Shown here: in pieces, positions 44,770 to 53,495 of the stretch
Numbering within the stretch: position 1 is the stretch's first letter
Layout: the number at the start of each line of letters is the position of its first letter
Virus record (IMG/VR): IMGVR_UViG_3300036772_000425
Location: 202,924-266,923 of that record
Strand: one strand, 5' to 3'
DNA length: 64,000 nt
From: a virus
Position numbers and translations under genes: made by a program
Notes under the pieces: model-generated
Told to the model about the DNA's origin: nothing
Databases searched by the model: none
Seen by the model: only the letters and a program-made list of their open reading frames with translations

Positions 44770-45342
44770 TCAATCTCGGTACTCCAAGATGTCGTTCTGA
44801 TGGGCGGTGTACGCCCTTCTCATGAACTCATGCAAGGCATCGTTGGATCCGAGTCCGTACTTCTGCAGAAGATGATCCGACGCGTCGGTGAGCGCGGGAG
44901 AATCATGCAACAGTTCAGGATGATCTGCGCCGACAATGATGGCACGTTTCACATCGGGACACATGGAGATCATCTGACAGTGAACCTTCCGGTACCAGAT
45001 CGCATCATGCATCATGCAGCTCTGTGAAAAAACATCCGGAGCTAGGATCTCTCCTGCCTGCACCAGTGCCAGCAGTGATGGGCTGTGTATCCGATCGTAG
45101 AACTGCACTCCTCGTGAACGACGTCGTTCACGATCGACCAACCATGCCCACTTCTGCTGGACCAAGCTGGGGTGAGCCAGGGTGCAGTACACCCTGACCT
45201 GGTCGAACTTGATCTTGTGCTGTTCAACCTTGATGGTTGACACCCATGGGTTGCCCTGCCCGTTGTTCTCAGGACATGGGTACTGCAATCGGGCACCGAT
45301 GAACGATGCAGCGCAGTGAGCTGGGCTCGCCTGCTCTTTCAT
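44770..45342 (-). CDS. hypothetical protein
   Basis: 190-aa ORF. Confidence 0.45.
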   Translation of the reverse strand: MKEQASPAHCAASFIGARLQYPCPENNGQGNPWVSTIKVEQHKIKFDQVRVYCTLAHPSLVQQKWAWLVDRERRRSRGVQFYDRIHSPSLLALVQAGEILAPDVFSQSCMMHDAIWYRKVHCQMISMCPDVKRAIIVGADHPELLHDSPALTDASDHLLQKYGLGSNDALHEFMRRAYTAHQNDILEYRD

Positions 45343-45593
45343 TCATAGCTCGGTTCAGAGTATTCCATGTGTTCTTTGCACGTACGCCGGTACGCTTCAA
45401 TGAAAGACTCAGCGTCGCTGGGCCTTGCCGGAAGATCCAAGATCATCTCAGGGCCCACCTTGGGCCTGTAGGTGCACTTGACCACGTACGGATGCTCGGA
45501 GCTCCTCTCGAAATGGTGTTGACCTGAATCAACCTTGATGATCTTCCCTTGCACAACGATCAATCCCAAGCTCATTCGAACATCCTCTGCCAT
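45339..45593 (-). CDS. hypothetical protein
   Basis: 84-aa ORF. Confidence 0.4.
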   Translation of the reverse strand: MAEDVRMSLGLIVVQGKIIKVDSGQHHFERSSEHPYVVKCTYRPKVGPEMILDLPARPSDAESFIEAYRRTCKEHMEYSEPSYE

Positions 45594-46393
45594 GCTCCGG
45601 GTTCAAGTCGATTCTGGACGATGGAGCGATCGTGCCAGTGCGTCTCAGTGTCCAGGATCTTGTTGGTGAAGCTGTCCCGCACCAGCTTGTACCGTCCCTT
45701 CACCTCCCCCTTCTCTTCCCACTTCAGGTACAGACCCTCCATGTCGAAGGAAGGATCGGTCTGTTTGATGACCTCGGAGACGGTGCGTGATAGGCCCGCG
45801 TTGATCGCTGCGGTGGTCAGGTTGTCGAGCCGGTGCCAGTCCTGTCCCGACCGTGCGCTGGTGAAGAAGCTTCTGACAAGGAACGACTGCACCTCCTTCA
45901 AGGAATCGAACTTCCCCTCGCTCAGGACGTGCACGGGGACAACAGGAATCCCCTGGAGGAGCACGCGGCGGGCTGGCGTGCTCAGGAAGGTGGACGTCTC
46001 AGTATCGAGGATGTCGAACTCCATGAAGTAGTGCGGCAGCATGTCGTAGAAGACGGTATGCTTGGCGAAGAGGTTCTCTCCGTACATCACGTACCGTGAC
46101 CCAAGGGCACAGAAGAATTCTGTCTGGCGTGCCGCTGACCACTGTTTCAACCACTCGAACTGTTTTTCTCGAGGTCCTCCATGGAGGTAGTGACCTCGAG
46201 ACTGCAGCAGTAGCTCACCGTCGGACGTGAAGGAGATGCCGCAGTTGGCACCGTCCATTTTCTCCTCGATGACCAGGTGCTTACCCCTGAGCTCCGACCA
46301 GGGCACAGTCTCCATGTCGTGGTCGCCATGTTGGAGCCGTGAGCCTCGGATGTGCTGCGTCCGAGGGTACTTCCGGATGTCAGGATGCATCAT
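45572..46393 (-). CDS. RNA ligase, Rnl2-like (KxDGxN nucleotidyltransferase)
   Basis: motif I VIEEKMDGANCGISF; start at internal MMHPDIRKYP. Confidence 0.55.
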   Translation of the reverse strand: MMHPDIRKYPRTQHIRGSRLQHGDHDMETVPWSELRGKHLVIEEKMDGANCGISFTSDGELLLQSRGHYLHGGPREKQFEWLKQWSAARQTEFFCALGSRYVMYGENLFAKHTVFYDMLPHYFMEFDILDTETSTFLSTPARRVLLQGIPVVPVHVLSEGKFDSLKEVQSFLVRSFFTSARSGQDWHRLDNLTTAAINAGLSRTVSEVIKQTDPSFDMEGLYLKWEEKGEVKGRYKLVRDSFTNKILDTETHWHDRSIVQNRLEPGAWQRMFE

Positions 46394-46769
46394 GCTGTCG
46401 CTTTCGAGCGTGTTCCAGGCTTTCCTCCAACCGCCTGATCTCAGCCTCCGATTCGAGGCGGCGGCGGGCCAAGAACCGTGCATGCTCATCCTCCCGCATC
46501 TTCAGGGTTCGAGCCCTGTTCTTCAGGAAGCGAGGGGTGTGTTGGATGTTCCGGACAACAGAGATCTCGAGTTCCACGACCTCAGGCCACGGGCCGTTGT
46601 CCTTACACGTCTGCGAGATCTCCAGGAGCCTTCGATCGAGCTCTTTCTCAGAGAGGTAGATGCGGGCGCCGGCGACGGTGTCAGACCATTCCGGATCGGG
46701 GTGTCCGGCGAAGCTGGAACGTTGAGGTTTCAGGTAGCGATCCTGCAGGGTGATGGCGTAGCCTCTCAT
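46380..46769 (-). CDS. hypothetical protein
   Basis: 129-aa ORF. Confidence 0.4.
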   Translation of the reverse strand: MRGYAITLQDRYLKPQRSSFAGHPDPEWSDTVAGARIYLSEKELDRRLLEISQTCKDNGPWPEVVELEISVVRNIQHTPRFLKNRARTLKMREDEHARFLARRRLESEAEIRRLEESLEHARKRQHDAS

Positions 46770-47494
46770 GGTGACTGTTCTCCGGACATTTCGTGCAGGA
46801 TGCTGTCGACTGTCCTGTCGGGCCTTGCCGCGTCCCTGATCGGTCGACCGACCACCAGAAGATCAGCACCATCAGATACGGCGCTCGAGGGTGTGCCGAC
46901 CCGGCATTGATCAAGCCTTTCTGTGTTCGCCTGCCTGATCCCAGGCACCATCATGAACGGCACCTCGCAGGCTGGGAAATTCATCCTCAGGAACCTGAGC
47001 TCCTTCGCTGAACACACGATCCCATGCACCCCGCAGCCATGGGCATGCTTCGCACGTGAAAGCACGATGGAATTGACGAAATCGCGCTGCGGAACATTGA
47101 TGCCCAGGTCGATGAAATCGCTCGCGTCCATGGAGGTCAGCACCGTCACGGCGAGCAACTTGGTCCGATAACCCTCCGTTGCCCTGACGGCGGCGTGCAG
47201 CGCCGCGCGCTGCTGTGAATGCAATGTCATGAAATCTACGCCCATGTCGCAACCGACCTTCACGGCACGGGCGACCGTCTCTGGAATGTCATGGATCTTC
47301 AGATCAAGGACAACCGGCAGTTCAAAACCTCGCGAGAAACTGTGCACGGCGGCACCGCCTGCCGACATGAAAAGTTCCAATCCGACCTTCACCGCGCCCA
47401 GCCGATCGTACAGACGATTGTGCTCAATGAACCTTTCTGCCTGCACCAGCTCCGGGAAATCGAGCGCAAAACACAGCTTGTTCCGAAGGGCCAT
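46766..47494 (-). CDS. pyrF: orotidine-5'-phosphate decarboxylase
   Basis: LDLKIHDIPETV (OMPdecase DxKxHDIPNT signature); C-terminal LLVVGRPI. Confidence 0.75.
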   Translation of the reverse strand: MALRNKLCFALDFPELVQAERFIEHNRLYDRLGAVKVGLELFMSAGGAAVHSFSRGFELPVVLDLKIHDIPETVARAVKVGCDMGVDFMTLHSQQRAALHAAVRATEGYRTKLLAVTVLTSMDASDFIDLGINVPQRDFVNSIVLSRAKHAHGCGVHGIVCSAKELRFLRMNFPACEVPFMMVPGIRQANTERLDQCRVGTPSSAVSDGADLLVVGRPIRDAARPDRTVDSILHEMSGEQSP

Positions 47495-47740
47495 TCAATC
47501 CTCCGTTGGTACCAGCCGCGTCAGCCAGATGAGCATCACGTCCTCGATCGAACATGCGAAACCCAACGCGGTCACGTCACCGGCAACATCCTGTACGATC
47601 CTCCTGATCTGCAGGTGCTGGTTCAGGTCAAAGCAGATCGGAGAGCGCTTCAGGTGTTCATCCAACCGTTCGATGACGCAAAAATTGCGTGCGAGCGTCG
47701 CCGACAACTGCTTCAACGTTCTGACGGCGGGAGACAGCAT
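47495..47740 (-). CDS. hypothetical protein
   Basis: 81-aa ORF. Confidence 0.35.
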   Translation of the reverse strand: MLSPAVRTLKQLSATLARNFCVIERLDEHLKRSPICFDLNQHLQIRRIVQDVAGDVTALGFACSIEDVMLIWLTRLVPTED

Positions 47741-48333
47741 CAGACACCTTGCCCACGGGAATGGATGGCTGCACAGGCCTCATCCCAGTCCTTGATCCTG
47801 ACGATCTTGGTCCCGGCGAGGTCGACCGACCTGTTGTACGGAGCGTCCCACAGCAGTGTCAAGGCATTCGGGTGTTCAGCGCGCCACTTGAAGCAGTTCT
47901 CGTCCGCGTCATCGATCAGGACGTCTCCCTTGACGAAGTGCTTGCTCTCTGCGTGGACGATCCTGGCCTTTGGGATCCCGAAGTGCTTGTCCAACCACAT
48001 GGTCCGTTCGTAGGCCCAATGTGGTGCTGTCATGGGTGAGGTGACGATGATAACATCGCCAATGGCTTCCAGACGCCGAACGCCCTCCTGCGCTCCCTCG
48101 TACATGGGAAAGTTGATGCACCAACCGCTCTTGGTCTGCTCTTCCTTCATCAGAGGCTTCAGATGGCCCTTACCGACCACCTTGAAGAGGTCCCAATGCG
48201 TTACCTGATCGTGGGTGTGACGATCACCGGTGTGACGTTCGATCAGGTCGAAGCATGCGGTGCAGAAGTCTGCGATGACCCCATCGCAGTCCAGCAGGAT
48301 ACGCGGTTTGCTCATGCTCACATCATCAACCAC
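47740..48333 (-). CDS. HAD-family 5'(3')-deoxyribonucleotidase (NT5C-like)
   Basis: HAD motif I LLDCDGVIADF; size and pattern consistent with the NT5C family. Confidence 0.65.
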   Translation of the reverse strand: MVDDVSMSKPRILLDCDGVIADFCTACFDLIERHTGDRHTHDQVTHWDLFKVVGKGHLKPLMKEEQTKSGWCINFPMYEGAQEGVRRLEAIGDVIIVTSPMTAPHWAYERTMWLDKHFGIPKARIVHAESKHFVKGDVLIDDADENCFKWRAEHPNALTLLWDAPYNRSVDLAGTKIVRIKDWDEACAAIHSRGQGV

Positions 48334-48453
48334 AGATCAACGTTCTACATCAGGTCGGTTGTCGACGAGTCAACGCAAACAACATGCCCAATGCCATCAC
48401 CGGCAGCAGCATCAGCAGGCCGATGAAGGCGAGCTTTTCATCATCAGACATTT

Positions 48454-48714
48454 TCATTCGTCATCCTTTCGTTTCCTGACATTGCAGATCTGGCCGGTCC
48501 TTGGGTCGATGACAAGTGTCACCTGGAAGACATCATCACACAGACGCTCCTCGTCACCCTCGGTGAAGGCTTCAGCCTCTGCTTCCGTGTTGAAGAACAA
48601 CACGTTGGCGCTGCCGTCTCCTTGGCTTCGAACGTAGACCCAAGGTTTGATGAAGATGACAGTTGGATCTGCGATGGGCTTGTTCTTTTTCATCTCAGAA
48701 CGCACCTGGGGCAA
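48454..48714 (-). CDS. hypothetical protein
   Basis: 86-aa ORF. Confidence 0.35.
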   Translation of the reverse strand: MPQVRSEMKKNKPIADPTVIFIKPWVYVRSQGDGSANVLFFNTEAEAEAFTEGDEERLCDDVFQVTLVIDPRTGQICNVRKRKDDE

Positions 48715-49702
48715 CCTGAAAGCACGTCAGACCGATCGATCGCCAGAAGTCGACGACCTGGTTCCGATCGTCCAGGACGAAGAGGACATGGTACTTGCCC
48801 GCCACGTACCTGTCGAACAGTTCCTGCTTGATGACAGCGTCCTTGCGTTGGTCGAGCTTCTCCGGGTCGGGAGCCGTCTCCCCACGCATGTGAAGCTCGT
48901 ATTCGATCGGTCCAAGAACGACGGCAGGAGCAGGCCCACCCGGATTGAGCGGACGGATTTCTGGCACGCAGTACATCTCGATGAAGCGCTGCGTTTCGGG
49001 ACGGTACTTCTGATCACGGCCCGACATGAAGATGATCTTCGTGCCCTGCTCGTGCATCGCCAGGACAGCACGGATGACGGCCCAGTTGGGCAGGTCCTTC
49101 AGGTCGCAGTCTGTTGCATCGTACGGTGTACGGTCACCGATGATCGCCAGGGTCCCGTCGAGGTCGCACATGATTGCCTTGGGCAGCGTCTCGTCCTGGA
49201 CCACGACCTTGAATGCATCGGGCCTGGGCTCGTAGTACGTTTCCTTGTCGTTCAGGCGCCGACCCTTGTCGAGGCCCGCTCCGCGGGCCATGTCCAGGAT
49301 CACCTTCTCCCCGACATGTGCGAAACCAGTTCGATTTGAATCACGTTCGATCGCCGTCTTGGTGTCGACGTTGACAGCCTTCTCGATCACCTTGACGTCC
49401 CCGTACCCGGCCGCCGCGGCATGGAGCTTCTTCAGGGTCTGCGGGACCAGGTGGGTGTCATCAAGGATGACATCGTACCCAGAGTCGAAGGCCTGCCGCA
49501 TCAGGGCCTCCTTCATGGCCCGCATCAGCTCCTCACGGGAGTTGTCACGGGCATGCGGGTTGTTGCCCGGACCCACCACCATCCCACGCAGATCATCACG
49601 GTTGATACGGATCCAACGCTTGGGTTCCTTCCGCACCAGGTCGGCGGCAAGTGTCGACTTTCCGCTGCCCGGGAGTCCCTTGAAAATCATGAGAGTGCGC
49701 AC
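48695..49702 (-). CDS. pnkp: polynucleotide kinase/3'-phosphatase (T4 Pnkp-like)
   Basis: N-terminal P-loop MIFKGLPGSGKST; C-terminal HAD phosphatase IMCDLDGTLA (DxDGT) at about residue 167. Confidence 0.85.
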   Translation of the reverse strand: MRTLMIFKGLPGSGKSTLAADLVRKEPKRWIRINRDDLRGMVVGPGNNPHARDNSREELMRAMKEALMRQAFDSGYDVILDDTHLVPQTLKKLHAAAAGYGDVKVIEKAVNVDTKTAIERDSNRTGFAHVGEKVILDMARGAGLDKGRRLNDKETYYEPRPDAFKVVVQDETLPKAIMCDLDGTLAIIGDRTPYDATDCDLKDLPNWAVIRAVLAMHEQGTKIIFMSGRDQKYRPETQRFIEMYCVPEIRPLNPGGPAPAVVLGPIEYELHMRGETAPDPEKLDQRKDAVIKQELFDRYVAGKYHVLFVLDDRNQVVDFWRSIGLTCFQVAPGAF

Positions 49703-49706
49703 TTGG

Positions 49707-50171
49707 TCATCCCTTCTTCAACCGAACAACATTCTCCTGAGCGACACGAAGGGTCAGCTCAGCATCCTCGAGCTCACGGGTAGCACGGAGGAGTCGTTTT
49801 TCCTCCTCCTTCCGCAGGCGTTTCTCCTGGAATTTGCGCCGATGATCGGCCTGGTCGATGACATTGACCTGCGAGACAACGAACTCCACCAGGCTCGCAG
49901 TGCCACCCAACTGGGTGCACCGTGACTGTGCTGGACCGCGCTTCGTCCAGACCTTTGCATCTTCGATTGCATCGACCCACCCGGAGGTGCGGCGGGCTGC
50001 GTACGTCTGGTACCAGCGGGTTGCCCTGTAGTTCAGGTTCTCTGCCACCGCGTAGAACCTGAACGCCACCTCGCTCTCACGAGCAGCAGCTCCATGTTCA
50101 AAATGGCAGCTGCACGTGCAACCCTCGTAACCGCAGTTCTCCTGGCAGCATCCGTAGCACCTGGTCCGCAT
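49707..50171 (-). CDS. Cys-rich N-terminus / coiled-coil hypothetical protein
   Basis: CYGCCQENCGYEGCTCSC then a Lys/Glu-rich helix. Confidence 0.45.
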   Translation of the reverse strand: MRTRCYGCCQENCGYEGCTCSCHFEHGAAARESEVAFRFYAVAENLNYRATRWYQTYAARRTSGWVDAIEDAKVWTKRGPAQSRCTQLGGTASLVEFVVSQVNVIDQADHRRKFQEKRLRKEEEKRLLRATRELEDAELTLRVAQENVVRLKKG

Positions 50172-50204
50172 GCACAGGACCCTACCCCTCGGATCAGCTG
50201 TTTT

Positions 50205-50783
50205 TCACTGCCTGCGGTACGACCCGAACACCTTGTCCCAACCGTAGAAGACGATCCCATAGTTGCTCTTCAGGTCACGGTGATGGACGAAGTGAGCTTC
50301 TCGAATGTTCCGGAACCAGGCGAAGCACTCCAACGGGTGGCCGATGACATGGGTGGCATCGTGCACGTAATCATTGATAATTCCGAACGCCCCCAGCATG
50401 ATGACGAACAGGGCAAGTTCCCCCCAACCGCAGCCCAGGTAGCTCAGGAAGACGGAGCCGGCCAGGACAAAGGTGATCATACCGGGTAGGAAGAGGAACG
50501 TGCCCGTCTGGTACCATCGGGCCTTCCGGTAGGATTTCGACAGGAGATCGTTGGGCGGGTACCGCTGGAGATGATGCTCCATATGCCCGCGGAAACCGGG
50601 TCCGGACCATCGCTGGTGGATGACCCAGTGGATCGTGTGTCCCAGGAAGGAAGCTGCGATGAGGGAACCCAAGAAAACCAGGATGAAAAGCACGATCACC
50701 TTCCCTTCAGCATGCGAGCCACGTTGCTCTTGAACCTCATGACTGTCGAGCTCACCGAGCCCCAGTCCGTGTACCGTTGCCAC
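50205..50783 (-). CDS. fatty-acid hydroxylase/sterol desaturase superfamily membrane di-iron enzyme
   Basis: His boxes HTIHWVIHQ, HMEHH and HFVHHRD plus TM segments; the first ~30 codons may not be real (overlap with the upstream gene). Confidence 0.6.
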   Translation of the reverse strand: MATVHGLGLGELDSHEVQEQRGSHAEGKVIVLFILVFLGSLIAASFLGHTIHWVIHQRWSGPGFRGHMEHHLQRYPPNDLLSKSYRKARWYQTGTFLFLPGMITFVLAGSVFLSYLGCGWGELALFVIMLGAFGIINDYVHDATHVIGHPLECFAWFRNIREAHFVHHRDLKSNYGIVFYGWDKVFGSYRRQ

Positions 50784-51217
50784 GATGCAGGCCAGTGCAT
50801 GTTGTTTGCCCGATCGCTGATGTCAACCAGCCCCTGCGTGAGCAGTTGGATCGATTCCTCAAAGGCCGCGGCGTTGCCCTGCACGAACCTGGTCAGCTCG
50901 TTCCAGGCTGGATCACCCGGGTAGGTCGAGGCGATCACGGACAGGATCCCTTCGTTGGGACCCCATCCTTCCTCTCCGAAGGCCAGAGGAGCAGCTAGGC
51001 GCATCCTCTTCTGGTTCATCAGACCGTCAGGGATCGCCTGCAGCAGGATCAGCTCCTTGTTGACAACTTCTTCCTGAGAATCCTGCTGGGCCAGCGTCGC
51101 CGGTACCTCGTCCACGACACCGGCGATCTTTGCGGCAAGGTCAGCCGACCTCTTCCGGCTGAAGCGATCGCTCGCATCTATGACAGCCTCCCGGAGGTAC
51201 GACCGAAGCAGCAGCAT
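50696..51217 (-). CDS. hypothetical protein
   Basis: 173-aa ORF. Confidence 0.4.
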   Translation of the reverse strand: MLLLRSYLREAVIDASDRFSRKRSADLAAKIAGVVDEVPATLAQQDSQEEVVNKELILLQAIPDGLMNQKRMRLAAPLAFGEEGWGPNEGILSVIASTYPGDPAWNELTRFVQGNAAAFEESIQLLTQGLVDISDRANNMHWPASWQRYTDWGSVSSTVMRFKSNVARMLKGR

Positions 51218-51225
51218 GCTAGTAA

Positions 51226-52173
51226 CTAGCCGTGGAGCCGCAGGTACCGTTCCGTGATGTCGACCAGGAAGTTATCGAGCTTCGGTCGGTCAGGCTCCTT
51301 ACGTAAGGTGGAGGTTTTGTACAATTCATCGCACTCACGCTCGACCAGTTCAGCCTCCTCGACCAGGCTGTCGTAGCTACGACGTCCCTCCCTGACGTCC
51401 ATCAGATCTTCTCGATCTGGGCGTTTGACGATGACACGATGTTGGACCAGGATCTCGCGGCACATCCGCATCAGCCGCAGGAGGTGCATGCCATGCTTCA
51501 CATCGTAACCGAACTTTGCCTCGAGCTCAGCACGGGCAGGGTTACGGGTCTTCTTCCAGTTGATGTACTGGTCGTGCTGGGTCTTTGCAGCCTGGTACTG
51601 CTTCTCCCGGGTGAACAGGGTCAACACGTCCTTCGGAAGTTCGATGTCCATCCCATCACGGACAGCTGCCTCGAACGCACCCAGTTCTGACTGCGACACC
51701 TTGGAGACCTCGCTCAACCCGTAGGTCTTACGTGACGGTGCTTCCTTCGGCGGATCCAGCAACCAGGATCGATGCGTCTTGATCCGTTTCAGTTGGGCAT
51801 GAGCGTACCCGGAGAAGGTGAACTTGGCCTTGCGTGACAAGAAATCATCCTTGATGGCCCTGAGCTCTTCGCCGAACGGATCGATCCGGAGCACGTCCTC
51901 CTGGGCCACGTGCAGGACCTCGATGATGTTTGGATTGCAGTCAGCAGCAAGGGCGACGAACTTCCTCAACGCGTAGGTGACGCTGTCGACCCCGTCCGTC
52001 TTGGAGCCCATGTGTTCATGCTGCTCGAAGTTGTTGAGGAATCCAAGGTAGCATTGCCTGGGTGGGATGCACACCCCCTTGAAATCCTCATCGGATGCAG
52101 GGGTGTTCAGTCCGTACGCATGGGATCCGTGCCTGACGTACAACACGGTCCGTGATTCGATGTCGAAATTCAT
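51226..52173 (-). CDS. Pol-beta superfamily nucleotidyltransferase (PF10127/RlaP-like)
   Basis: YVRHGSHAYGLNTPASDEDFKGVCIPP = GS...[DE]h[DE]h motif near the N-terminus. Confidence 0.55.
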   Translation of the reverse strand: MNFDIESRTVLYVRHGSHAYGLNTPASDEDFKGVCIPPRQCYLGFLNNFEQHEHMGSKTDGVDSVTYALRKFVALAADCNPNIIEVLHVAQEDVLRIDPFGEELRAIKDDFLSRKAKFTFSGYAHAQLKRIKTHRSWLLDPPKEAPSRKTYGLSEVSKVSQSELGAFEAAVRDGMDIELPKDVLTLFTREKQYQAAKTQHDQYINWKKTRNPARAELEAKFGYDVKHGMHLLRLMRMCREILVQHRVIVKRPDREDLMDVREGRRSYDSLVEEAELVERECDELYKTSTLRKEPDRPKLDNFLVDITERYLRLHG

Positions 52174-52256
52174 GTAATCCTCGTCCTGGACCCGATCGCA
52201 GGTGCAGGACAGATGCCAGTGTAGGCCACGTCAGACGGAAGTTGCAACCAACGGCA

Positions 52257-52766
52257 TCAATGAGGTTGCGTCAACCCGACAACGGGTACCTGAATGAACC
52301 CGTCTTCCGGATTGCTCACGAGGAACCGGACGACCAGCACGCCAGAGTCCAGTGTCGCCTCGGCAGATCGTACGTCGAATTCAGGTCCCAGGTAGTACAG
52401 CTCGGGCAGCGCACAAGGTAGACCGTCGGCGCGTGTGGCCTTGACATGCAACCGCCGGCCCAGAATGGTCAGGCTGCAATCTTCCGGACGAACCCCGGGC
52501 AGGTCGGTGGCCAACGTCAGATCGTTGGCGAAAGATGTGACGCTCGGTCGCCGGTGCCAAGCGTTGGGCACGGTAAGGACCAAACGTGACGATGCGGTCG
52601 TTGCCCGCTCGATCACGGGCCAGTTGATTGTCATGGGATCAGGGTTGATGGTGATCCGGGTCGGTGCGCTGGGAAACCTGTGTGGGAAATCACCCACCTG
52701 GATCGCAGGGTCGATCTTCAGGATGTTGTTCTGCACTTGGATCCCACGATGTTCCACGGTGTTCAT
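52257..52766 (-). CDS. small heat-shock protein (Hsp20/alpha-crystallin family)
   Basis: ATDLPGVRPEDCSLTILGRRLHVKATR ... FDVRSAEATLDSGVLVVRF fits the alpha-crystallin domain consensus. Confidence 0.55.
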   Translation of the reverse strand: MNTVEHRGIQVQNNILKIDPAIQVGDFPHRFPSAPTRITINPDPMTINWPVIERATTASSRLVLTVPNAWHRRPSVTSFANDLTLATDLPGVRPEDCSLTILGRRLHVKATRADGLPCALPELYYLGPEFDVRSAEATLDSGVLVVRFLVSNPEDGFIQVPVVGLTQPH

Positions 52767-52767
52767 C

Positions 52768-53136
52768 TCAGTACCCGCTCTCGATCCGTTGACGGTTGAT
52801 CTCGCCCTTGCGCAGGTAGGCATCGACCAGTTCTTCCATGGTGATGCCAGAGGCAATCACAAGCTCGAAGTAGAGGTGCAGGGCATCGACCAGCTCTTCC
52901 TTGTAGGCCTCCCTGTCCAACTCTGGGATCTCAGTCGCCCGATGCGACTTGCTGTTTTTGAGGTGCTGTCCAGCCTCGAACAGTTCTTCCATCAGGTGAT
53001 TCCTGATGTCCTTGAGGAACTGTTGACCCTGCTTGGAACTCAGGTCAGTCGGGAATTCCGGGAACCCTCTCTTCTCCCGAAGAAGGTGCATGAATTCTTC
53101 CTGCTGAACCCAGAGACTGCGTAGGTCGTTCTTCAT
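52768..53136 (-). CDS. MazG-like nucleotide pyrophosphohydrolase
   Basis: LMEELFEAGQHL and EELVDALHLYFELV (EExxE...E...D all-alpha NTP-PPase pattern); 122 aa. Confidence 0.65.
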   Translation of the reverse strand: MKNDLRSLWVQQEEFMHLLREKRGFPEFPTDLSSKQGQQFLKDIRNHLMEELFEAGQHLKNSKSHRATEIPELDREAYKEELVDALHLYFELVIASGITMEELVDAYLRKGEINRQRIESGY

Positions 53137-53222
53137 TCTTCAAGCTCTTCCATCAGGGTTTCAAGTCCTCTCCCGTCAAGAAGAACAGGGAGATGACCAG
53201 GACAGACAAGATAACGACAGCG

Positions 53223-53495
53223 TCAGTCACGCTCACTGGACCCGCCCGGGACAATGAACCGGTTCCCGGTCTGGGAGGCCTGCAGTTCACGTGCCTGCTG
53301 CAACATCTTCTCGTGCATGCTGGTGACCTGCAATCGGTAACCAGCAGAGAGCACCAGGGTGCTCTGATCATCCGGATCGGATACAACCCTGATCTGGCGA
53401 AGGAGGTCCGCACAGTCCACGCCCGTCAGCATGGCCTCCTGCACGATCTGGACAACCCTGTGCCACACGCTGTCGGAGAACTTCAGTTCGTTCAT
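53223..53495 (-). CDS. hypothetical protein
   Basis: 90-aa ORF. Confidence 0.4.
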   Translation of the reverse strand: MNELKFSDSVWHRVVQIVQEAMLTGVDCADLLRQIRVVSDPDDQSTLVLSAGYRLQVTSMHEKMLQQARELQASQTGNRFIVPGGSSERD

